64,000 nucleotides of DNA from an uncultured Christensenella sp. (GTDB lineage: Bacteria; Bacillota; Clostridia; Christensenellales; UBA1242), in assembly GCA_964387705.1 (NCBI GenBank), contig CAYLWT010000003.1:2693-66692 (forward strand), given 5' to 3'. The notes under the pieces were generated by a model. The model worked only from the letters and a program-made list of their open reading frames with translations. It had not been told where the DNA came from and ran no database searches. A program made the translations under genes and the position numbers. Below are positions 56,715 to 64,000 of the stretch, one piece after another. How positions within the stretch are numbered: the first letter of the stretch is position 1; each line of letters starts with the position of its first letter.

Positions 56715-58484
56715 TTAATTTTCGTGATTTTCCACTGGAACGAGTTTGATGTGGATGTCTTCTAGTTGCTGTGGGAAAACTTCATTTGGAGCGCCCATAA
56801 GAGGGTCTTGAGCTGATTTGTTGAGTGGGAATGCGATAACTTCTTTTATACTATCCTCTCCACACAAGAACATAAGAAGTCTATCAAACCCAATAGCTGC
56901 CCCTGCGTGAGGTGGAGCTCCATAACGGAAAGCGTTGTAAAGTGCAGGAAATTTGCTCTCAACAACATCTTGAGAATATCCTGCAATTCTAAATGCTTCA
57001 ACCATGATTTCTGGATTATGATTTCTAACTGCTCCACTTGCAAGTTCAACCCCATTTAGCACAAGGTCATATTGATATGCCAAAATGTCAAGTGGCTTTT
57101 GATTTTTTAATGCATTCATTTCTCCTTGTGGCATTGAAAATGGGTTGTGTGAAAATTCCACTTTCCCTTCATCATCTTCTTCATAGAATGGAAAATCCAC
57201 AACAAAGCAAGGCTTAAAACAAGTTTTGTCAACAAGGTCAAGTCTTTCACCAAGTTCATTTCTCAAAAGTCCGGCAAGTTTCATTGCTTTTATTCTCTTC
57301 GCATCTGCAACAATAAAAATTGTGTCTCCTGCAACAAGATTTAATTTTGCATTAAGTTTGCCAAAATCATCTTCACTAAAATATTTTCCAGCAGGGCCAC
57401 CCAAAGTTTCCCCGTCATATTTAAGGTAAACCAGTCCACCTGCTCCTTGAAGTTTAAGAAAATCAGTGACTGCATCAAAAAATCTTCTGCCCATGTTGTT
57501 TGCTTGGGCTTTTATTGCAAAAATATTTTTGTTATTTATTACTGAAAATGAATGTGATTTGAATTCATCCGTCAAATCGACAAGAACCAGTGGATTCCTA
57601 AGGTCTGGTTTATCCGAACCATATGTGAGCATAGAATCCCAAAATTTTATTCTTCTGAATGGAGGCTTATCAACTGCCAAGGTGCTGAAATGTGTAAGTG
57701 TATTATACAAAACCTTCTCCATAACATCCAAAACATCTTCTTGCGTTGCAAAACTTAGTTCAAAGTCTAGTTGATAAAACTCTCCTGGGCTTCTATCTGC
57801 ACGAGCATCTTCATCTCTAAAACATGGTGCAATTTGAAAATATCTTGTAAATCCGCTGAGCATCAAAAGTTGTTTAAATTGTTGTGGACTTTGTGGCAAT
57901 GCATAAAATTTGCCAGGATTAAGTCTGCTTGGAACAAGGAAGTCCCTTGCACCTTCAGGGCTTGAAGATGTTAAAATTGGAGTTTGAATTTCCAAAAATT
58001 CAAGTTCTCTCATTTGTTGACGCAAAAATTCTAGAAGTTTGGCCCTTAAAACAATATTTTGCATATTTTTTTCGTTTCTCAAGTCCAAATATCTATATTT
58101 TAGTCGAGTGTTTTCATTCTGGTCACGTGCTTTTAAAATTTCATAAGGCAAAACCTCACTGCAAAGGCCCAAAATCTTAACATCTTTTGCCAATACTTCA
58201 ATTTCTCCCGTTGCCATATCTGAATTGATGTTCTTTTCCCCTCTAGAACGAACAATGCCCGTTATGGTAACAGTGCTCTCACGAGTCAAACCTTCAACCA
58301 TTTTTTCATTTTCAACAAAAACTTGCACAACTCCACTTTGATCACGAATGGTCAAAAAAGTTAAGCCCCCCATTTTTCTGATATTGTTAACCCAACCGGC
58401 AACTTTTACCTCTGCCCCAATGTGTTTTGCATTTAAACTGCCACACATATGGCTTCTGTAGATGTTATTTTTTAAACTAATCAT
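56715..58484 (-). CDS. aspS: aspartate--tRNA ligase (bacterial type with insertion domain)
   Basis: 589 aa. OB-fold N-terminus; class II motifs FRDEDARADR and GFDRLLMFL. Confidence 0.95.
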   Translation of the reverse strand: MISLKNNIYRSHMCGSLNAKHIGAEVKVAGWVNNIRKMGGLTFLTIRDQSGVVQVFVENEKMVEGLTRESTVTITGIVRSRGEKNINSDMATGEIEVLAKDVKILGLCSEVLPYEILKARDQNENTRLKYRYLDLRNEKNMQNIVLRAKLLEFLRQQMRELEFLEIQTPILTSSSPEGARDFLVPSRLNPGKFYALPQSPQQFKQLLMLSGFTRYFQIAPCFRDEDARADRSPGEFYQLDFELSFATQEDVLDVMEKVLYNTLTHFSTLAVDKPPFRRIKFWDSMLTYGSDKPDLRNPLVLVDLTDEFKSHSFSVINNKNIFAIKAQANNMGRRFFDAVTDFLKLQGAGGLVYLKYDGETLGGPAGKYFSEDDFGKLNAKLNLVAGDTIFIVADAKRIKAMKLAGLLRNELGERLDLVDKTCFKPCFVVDFPFYEEDDEGKVEFSHNPFSMPQGEMNALKNQKPLDILAYQYDLVLNGVELASGAVRNHNPEIMVEAFRIAGYSQDVVESKFPALYNAFRYGAPPHAGAAIGFDRLLMFLCGEDSIKEVIAFPLNKSAQDPLMGAPNEVFPQQLEDIHIKLVPVENHEN

Positions 58485-58526
58485 AATTATCCTCTTTAAC
58501 CGTGTAATAGATTTTCATCCAATTAG

Positions 58527-58555
58527 ATTATATCATTTTGAAAAATTGTTGTCTA
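58527..58555 (-). promoter_or_regulatory. promoter of aspS (TAGACA-17-TATAAT), ~40-nt leader
   Basis: Minus strand TAGACA 58555-58550, 17-nt spacer, TATAAT 58532-58527. Confidence 0.45.
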
Positions 58556-58676
58556 TATTTTTTTGCAAAATGAGAACAAATTTTCACAAAAACATTCCAT
58601 TTTACCCAAAAAATTAGCCGTTTTTGTGCAATAATTTAAATTTATTTGTGCAAACTTACAATAAATTGACAACCTA

Positions 58677-58705
58677 TTGACAATAATCAAAAAATAATAT
58701 ATAAT
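58677..58705 (+). promoter_or_regulatory. perfect consensus sigma70 promoter (TTGACA-17-TATAAT) of the 361-aa gene
   Basis: TTGACA 58677-58682, 17-nt spacer, TATAAT 58700-58705. AGGGGG RBS ~8 nt before ATG 58739. Confidence 0.65.
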
Positions 58706-58738
58706 ACAACCAAATAAAATACATAGGGGGAAAAAATT

Positions 58739-59824
58739 ATGGCAGAGAAAGATGAAAAAAAACAAACAAGTTCAACTACAAATAAAGCTAAAAGAAAATC
58801 AATGAAAAGGATATTTCTCGAAGCTGTTGCATTTACTGCTCTTGGTGCAAGCGTAGCGACAACAGCCTTGGGTGGAGGAGCTGAAACCACAGTTGATGGA
58901 CAAATAGCGTCATCATCTAATCTTTCTGGAGGGGGAACTGGCGCTATTGTTACTGAATTGAATTCTGTTAAGAAAAACTCATCAACAAAAAACGAAATAA
59001 TTCAGACAGAAAATGGTGTTGTGAATGTTTCAACTGTGGATGCTAAATCATTGTCAGGAAATTCTGCTGAGAGTGGTCAACCAAGCATTCTAGTAAGTGT
59101 TACTCCTGAAACTACTAAAAAATCAAAAAAGATTGATGCAATCTTAAATTATAATATAACTTCACGATTAACTGCACAATTTGCTTCAGCAACAAAGAAT
59201 AATGCACTCGCATCAGATATTAAAGATAACTTTTCAGGAGATTCTTCCCTTTTCTTTACTATAAATCTCGACAAAGAAGTTTCTACAATAGCTAAAGTCG
59301 AAAAAAATGAGGGGCTACACTTCACATTCGCTGCGGGGCCTTCTCTAATTGTTTCTGGGAAAGGACTTACTTTGGGCGTTGCAATGGGACTTGCCTTTAG
59401 TCTAGACCTTTCAGAACACACACAATTCTTTACTTCTATTACTGCCGGCACAGGCATTAAACTTAATGGCAACTCAACATTTGGCGATTTGCTTAGCAAT
59501 GGAGCTGTCGCTGCAAGCGTTGGGTTTAAAATTACTTGGAATGGGAAAAATGTTCCTTATACCCCTAACCTTGGGGATGTTTATGGGGCAATTGTATACA
59601 ACACAGAAAACAATACTAGAAAATCAAGTGAAGCCACTTCCGGTGCTAAAGAAGAACAACAAGACCAAGAAGCTGACGAACAAAAAACAATAAACTATAA
59701 CACGAGCAATTACAGCAATAATGGTGGAAACGATTCTACTGGTGCTGACCAAACCCCACAAAGTAAAGACAGTCCATTTCCATCAAATGATTCAACAGAT
59801 TTTGAGTTTGGGCAGAATAGATAA
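58739..59824 (+). CDS. hypothetical membrane-anchored / secreted beta-rich protein with a low-complexity N/S/D/Q tail (361 aa)
   Basis: Basic N-terminus (KAKRKSMKR) followed by TM IFLEAVAFTALGASVATTALGG. Central alternating-hydrophobic segments (LHFTFAAGPSLIVSGKGLTLGVAMGLAFSLDLS, AVAASVGFKITW). No family recognised. Confidence 0.7.
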   Translation: MAEKDEKKQTSSTTNKAKRKSMKRIFLEAVAFTALGASVATTALGGGAETTVDGQIASSSNLSGGGTGAIVTELNSVKKNSSTKNEIIQTENGVVNVSTVDAKSLSGNSAESGQPSILVSVTPETTKKSKKIDAILNYNITSRLTAQFASATKNNALASDIKDNFSGDSSLFFTINLDKEVSTIAKVEKNEGLHFTFAAGPSLIVSGKGLTLGVAMGLAFSLDLSEHTQFFTSITAGTGIKLNGNSTFGDLLSNGAVAASVGFKITWNGKNVPYTPNLGDVYGAIVYNTENNTRKSSEATSGAKEEQQDQEADEQKTINYNTSNYSNNGGNDSTGADQTPQSKDSPFPSNDSTDFEFGQNR

Positions 59825-59842
59825 TTAAATCTATATAAATCG

Positions 59843-59881
59843 AAAAAACACACTAGCCTCCCCCGGTTTGTGTGTTTTTTA
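59843..59881. terminator. bidirectional terminator between the convergent 361-aa gene and miaA
   Basis: AAAAAACACAC-(16-nt loop)-GTGTGTTTTTT. Confidence 0.6.
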
Positions 59882-59900
59882 TTTTTGTGAAATCTATATT

Positions 59901-60806
59901 TTATTTTAATTTTTGAGAAATATATTCAATTGCCAAGTCCTTGTTTTGTGGGTCAATCCAAAAGACATTATCAAAGCCACGTAAAAATGTAAGCTGGCGC
60001 TTGGCATAATGTCGTGAATTTTGTTTAATTCTCTCCTTTGTTTCTTCAAGAGTTGTTTTCCCATCAAAATAGTCAAAAAATTCTTTATATCCAATAGCCT
60101 GCATACTTTGACTTTCCCTGCTAAGTTTATGTGCCTCAAGAAGCGTCTTTATTTCGCCTTCTAACCCCATAGAAAACATTTCGTCAACTCTCTTATTGAT
60201 TTTGTTATAAAGAGCCTCTCTAGAAGGGTTTAAAGCGATAAAAATGCTATCATAAACAGGTTTTTCTTCCTGCACATGACTTGATTTTGGTTTCCCTGTT
60301 ATTTCACAAATTTCAAGAGCCCTTATCACTCTTTTTGTGTCGTTCATACTTATTTTCTTACAAGAAATTGGATCTGAATCCTTTAACAACTCAAAAAGGT
60401 ATTCTTTTCCTTTTTTTTGTAAAATTTGCTGGTATTTTTCACGAATTTCATCATTTTTTGGAGCATTTGCAAAAGAATAAGGATATAATAGTCCACGAAT
60501 ATAAAGCCCCGTCCCTCCCACAATAATTGGAAGTTTTCCACGAGAAAATATATCTGAAATAACTTCGCGGGCAAGTGTAACATACTGTTGGACACTAAAA
60601 CTCTCCCCACAGGCAACAATGTCAACCATGTGATGTTTTGCCTTTAACAACTCCTCTTTTGTGGGTTTCGCCGTGCCGATGTTAAGGTCTTTATAAATTT
60701 GCATACTGTCACATGACACAATTTCTCCATTAAAACGATTTGCACATTCAATGGCAAAAGCAGTTTTCCCGCTTGCTGTTGGACCGCCTATAATCAAAAC
60801 TTTCAC
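59901..60806 (-). CDS. miaA: tRNA dimethylallyltransferase
   Basis: 301 aa, IIGGPTASGKT P-loop, IVGGTGLY. Confidence 0.94.
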   Translation of the reverse strand: MKVLIIGGPTASGKTAFAIECANRFNGEIVSCDSMQIYKDLNIGTAKPTKEELLKAKHHMVDIVACGESFSVQQYVTLAREVISDIFSRGKLPIIVGGTGLYIRGLLYPYSFANAPKNDEIREKYQQILQKKGKEYLFELLKDSDPISCKKISMNDTKRVIRALEICEITGKPKSSHVQEEKPVYDSIFIALNPSREALYNKINKRVDEMFSMGLEGEIKTLLEAHKLSRESQSMQAIGYKEFFDYFDGKTTLEETKERIKQNSRHYAKRQLTFLRGFDNVFWIDPQNKDLAIEYISQKLK

Positions 60807-62803
60807 GGAACTATCCTTTTAAACATTTTTTCTATTTCATATTTTGAAAATTTTACACACACTGGTCGCCCATGTGGACACTGCAAAATTCTGCCTTTTT
60901 TTGAAATTTGTTCCAACAAAATCTCAATTTCACCATCACTCAAATTCTGCCCACCTTTAACTGCCGCTTTGCATGCACAAGTTGCAAAATGGTTTTTTAT
61001 TTGTTCATTTGTTGGCGAAATTTTGGTTAAATTTTGAAGGCTTTCTTGCACAAATTCTTCAAGGTTAATGCCATCCAAAAGGGCAGGAATCGAAGAAATT
61101 TTGTAAGTTTTGTCACCAAACCCCTCGACTTCAAAACCAAGCGAAGAGAACACTTCCAAATTTTCCTCCACAAGAGAATTTTCTTCTTCATTAACCTCAA
61201 AAACATATGGCACCATAAGAGGTTGAGCTATCATTTTTTTTTCTTCAAACATTTTTGTAAATTTGTCAAATAACACTCTTTCGTGTCCAGCGTGCTGATC
61301 AATCATAATAAAATTATCCCCAAATTCTATTAAGACATATGTATTAAAAAGTCTGCCAATAAGTTTGTAGCTTAGCCCTGTGTTCATTTCCACTTGTGAA
61401 GGTTTGAAATCATTTTTCCAAAGCTCAGGAGCAAATGAAAATGTCCGTTCTTCAATAGCTGATTTGTTTTCTTCTTGTCCTTCTAATTGTCCATTGCTTT
61501 GAGATAAAATTTCCCTTTCTTTTTGTTTTCTTATTTCACCATAATGCTCATAATCTGCGCTGCAAAGGACTTTCATACTACTATCAGCACCATCCATTGT
61601 ATGCCTTGGAATATGAACATTTATAACACTAAGCTCATCTGCAAATTTTTGCATATCACCAAAACTAAAGCCACCTTTCACTTCTTCAAGTGGAACTTCT
61701 TGTGATTTTACTTCACCTTCCATCTGTGATTGCCTGCTCACAGAAAACGTATCGTTTCCGTTCCCGCCTTTAAAATTGCCCGTCAAATCTGTTCCATCAG
61801 AGTAAAAAAGTGGGGTATTGCTTTCACTTAATGTTTGTAAGACTGCACTATAAACCAAATCATAAATCTTTTTTGATTCTCTAAATTTAATTTCCATTTT
61901 ACTTGGGTGCACGTTAACATCAACTTCATCACTTGGAAGTGAAATATTTAGCACGAAAAGTGGAAATTTGCCTTTCATAAGAAAATTTTCATAAGCATTT
62001 GACACAGCAACGGAAACCAGTGAATTTGCAACATATCTACCATTTACAATAAGTGTTTGATAAGTTTTGTTTGCTTTACAAAAAATAGGTTTTGCAATGT
62101 AACCAGAAAGTTTGTATGTGCCAGATAATGTTTCTATTGGGATAATATTGTCGGTTGTTTCTCTACCATAAATTTCAAAAATTTTATTTTTAAGCCCAAG
62201 CCCTGAGCCAGAAAAAACAGTTTTTCCATCAACTATATATTTTATGCAAACATTTGGATTGGCGAGCATAAGTCGTTCAACAATAGAAGTTATAGCACTG
62301 CCTTCTTGCCTGTTTGATTTCAAAAATTTAAGTCTTGCAGGTGTGTTGAAAAATAAATTTTTGACCGAAATCATTGTTCCATTTCTCGCTCCACAAACGT
62401 CTTTATATTCAACAACCCCTCCATTGACACAAATTTTGCCTCCAACATCACTTCCCTCTGCTTTTGACACCAGTTCCACTTGAGCAACAGAAGCAATGCT
62501 TGCAAGCGCCTCCCCCCTAAAGCCAAGGGTTGCAATATTGTCCAAATCATCCGCCCTTGCAATTTTGCTTGTGGCATGTGGCATAAATGCTTTTGTTAAA
62601 TCATCGTATTCAATTCCACAACCATTGTCACTTATTCTTATAAGTTTGGTGCCACCTTCTTCAATTTCCACCGTAATTGCAGTTGATTTTGCATCAAGAG
62701 AGTTTTCAACAAGTTCTTTGACCACAGATGCTGGCCTTTCCACCACTTCGCCTGCGGATATTCTATTGTAAACCTTTGGTTCAAGAACATTTATTCTTGG
62801 CAT
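60803..62803 (-). CDS. mutL: DNA mismatch repair protein MutL
   Basis: 666 aa. GHKL ATPase N-terminus (ISAGEVVERPASVVKELVENSLDA, GFRGEAL). C-terminal QHAGHERVLFD endonuclease-type motif. Confidence 0.95.
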   Translation of the reverse strand: MPRINVLEPKVYNRISAGEVVERPASVVKELVENSLDAKSTAITVEIEEGGTKLIRISDNGCGIEYDDLTKAFMPHATSKIARADDLDNIATLGFRGEALASIASVAQVELVSKAEGSDVGGKICVNGGVVEYKDVCGARNGTMISVKNLFFNTPARLKFLKSNRQEGSAITSIVERLMLANPNVCIKYIVDGKTVFSGSGLGLKNKIFEIYGRETTDNIIPIETLSGTYKLSGYIAKPIFCKANKTYQTLIVNGRYVANSLVSVAVSNAYENFLMKGKFPLFVLNISLPSDEVDVNVHPSKMEIKFRESKKIYDLVYSAVLQTLSESNTPLFYSDGTDLTGNFKGGNGNDTFSVSRQSQMEGEVKSQEVPLEEVKGGFSFGDMQKFADELSVINVHIPRHTMDGADSSMKVLCSADYEHYGEIRKQKEREILSQSNGQLEGQEENKSAIEERTFSFAPELWKNDFKPSQVEMNTGLSYKLIGRLFNTYVLIEFGDNFIMIDQHAGHERVLFDKFTKMFEEKKMIAQPLMVPYVFEVNEEENSLVEENLEVFSSLGFEVEGFGDKTYKISSIPALLDGINLEEFVQESLQNLTKISPTNEQIKNHFATCACKAAVKGGQNLSDGEIEILLEQISKKGRILQCPHGRPVCVKFSKYEIEKMFKRIVP

Positions 62804-62813
62804 TATTTTCTCC

Positions 62814-64000
62814 TTATTTGTTAACTTTTCTATTCAAATCCACAACGATTTCAAATGCTTCCATTGGGCTTAGCTTGTTTAAGTCAATGTTTTTTAACAT
62901 ATTGATAATATTGTTTTTTTCGCTTTGAGACAAACCTTCATCCTTTGTTTCTGTTGATGCTTTTATGTCAAATTTAACAGAATTTTTTTCTAGTTGCGAC
63001 AAAATATTTTTTGCACGTTTTATAATTTCTTCATAAATTCCAGAAAGCGAAGCAACTTCAATCCCAAAACTTTTATCTGCACTGCCTCGCATAATTTTTC
63101 TTAAGAAAACCACTGAACCATTAAATTCTTTCACACTAACTTTATAATTTCTAACACCCTCAAGTTTACCCTCAAGAGTCGTAATTTCATGATAATGTGT
63201 GGAAAACAAAGTTTTGCATTTAATTTTCGTTGAAATATATTCCAAAACTGCCCAAGCGATGCTCATTCCATCATACGTAGCCGTTCCTCTGCCCACTTCA
63301 TCTAAAATCACAAGACTTTTTGGTGTAGCATTGTTTAAAATATTTGCGACCTCAACCATTTCCACCATAAAAGTGCTTTGTCCACTACTCAAATCATCGC
63401 TTGCCCCAATTCGTGTAAAAATTCGATCTGTAATAGCAATTTCTGCACTGCTTGCAGGCACAAAACTTCCAATGTGAGCCATAAGTACAATAAGAGCAAT
63501 TTGTCGCATATATGTACTTTTGCCTGCCATATTTGGGCCAGTTATTATAAGCGTTCTATCGTCCTTTTCATCAAGATAGGCATCGTTTGGGACAAAAGTT
63601 TCTCCTTTCATATTTGCTTCAACAATAGGGTGTCTACCATTTTGAATTTTTATATGCTTGTATCTTTCGCTTATTTTTGGCCTAACATAATTGTACTCAC
63701 TAGCCACCTTTGTTAGTGATAAAATTGTATCAACATAAGCAACATCTCCAGCCACTTGCTGAATATCTTCAACCAATTCTTTTAACTTTTCCTTTATGTT
63801 TTCAAAAATGGTCATTTCAAGTTTAATTGCAAGTTCTTCCGCATTCAAAAGTTTGTTTTCAATTTGCTTCAGCTCATCTGTGACAAATCTTTCGTGATTA
63901 GAAATGGTTTGTTTACGTTGAAAACTGTATGGGACACAATCGGCTTGAGATTTCGGCACTTCAATAAAGTAACCAAACACTCGGCTATACCCTACTTTAA
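62814..64000 (-). CDS. mutS: DNA mismatch repair protein MutS, C-terminal part (5' end beyond window end)
   Basis: Walker A GPNMAGKSTYMRQ, STFMVEM, DEVGRGT. The ORF remains open to position 64000. Confidence 0.95.
   Translation of the reverse strand, partial: KVGYSRVFGYFIEVPKSQADCVPYSFQRKQTISNHERFVTDELKQIENKLLNAEELAIKLEMTIFENIKEKLKELVEDIQQVAGDVAYVDTILSLTKVASEYNYVRPKISERYKHIKIQNGRHPIVEANMKGETFVPNDAYLDEKDDRTLIITGPNMAGKSTYMRQIALIVLMAHIGSFVPASSAEIAITDRIFTRIGASDDLSSGQSTFMVEMVEVANILNNATPKSLVILDEVGRGTATYDGMSIAWAVLEYISTKIKCKTLFSTHYHEITTLEGKLEGVRNYKVSVKEFNGSVVFLRKIMRGSADKSFGIEVASLSGIYEEIIKRAKNILSQLEKNSVKFDIKASTETKDEGLSQSEKNNIINMLKNIDLNKLSPMEAFEIVVDLNRKVNK

Noticed and set aside
58485-58526. Looked for T-box leaders upstream of aspS (and upstream of lysS at 24775-24798)
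   Set aside because: The predicted aspS leader is only ~40 nt, and lysS is 24 nt from the preceding gene. No T-box core (AGGGUGGUACCGCG-like) sequence is visible, so neither gene has a T-box. Not unusual enough to report as a finding.
58553-58890. Two minus-strand ORFs (70 and 67 aa) in the aspS / 361-aa gene spacer
   Set aside because: They overlap the aspS promoter, the consensus plus-strand promoter and the 5' end of the 361-aa gene. They have no RBS and hydrophobic junk-like translations.
1-64000. Scan for CRISPR arrays, IS elements/transposases, integrases, prophage genes, toxin-antitoxin pairs, restriction-modification or other recognisable defence genes
   Set aside because: None were seen. 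All ORFs longer than 100 aa with expression signals are accounted for by housekeeping families or by the few hypothetical proteins listed. No regularly spaced direct repeats were noticed in any intergenic region.

Overview
AT-rich, very gene-dense chromosomal segment from a low-GC Gram-positive-type anaerobe (Bacillota/Clostridia-like gene content and synteny; exact taxon cannot be determined without a database). About 55 protein genes, almost all on the minus strand and almost all core housekeeping: rplM-truA; pyruvate:ferredoxin oxidoreductase; a complete Enterococcus-hirae-type V-ATPase operon (ntpF-I-K-E-C-G-A-B-D); rpmF/yceD; lysS; ruvX; rpsB-tsf; nifS-nifU; the ylxM-ffh-rpsP-rimM-trmD-rbgA-rnhB block; trxA; hslVU; topA; dprA; comM; ftsY-smc-rnc-plsX; the asd-dapA-dapB-lysC lysine branch; rpsT; holA; comEC; aspS; miaA-mutL-mutS. 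There are two plus-strand tRNAs, Leu-CAG and Glu-CUC. I saw no rRNA, CRISPR array, transposase, integrase, phage gene or recognisable defence gene, so I cannot claim a clear novel multi-gene system here. Accessory or unexplained content is limited: (1) a 1650-aa surface protein (papain-like C1 peptidase + MBG-type repeats + Listeria-Bacteroides repeats + C-terminal TM anchor) fused 20 nt behind ntpD; (2) a PepD-like protein with substituted metal/catalytic motifs, followed by an orphan TPR-like protein and a separately promoted 83-aa membrane protein; (3) a strongly promoted 361-aa membrane-anchored beta-rich protein of unknown family; (4) a 37-aa very acidic ORF behind tRNA-Glu(CUC); (5) an 82-nt perfect four-way-junction element in the trxA/ylxM spacer; (6) a terminator-like hairpin inside the V-ATPase leader. 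All functional calls come from reading the translations and from remembered family motifs; no searches were run.
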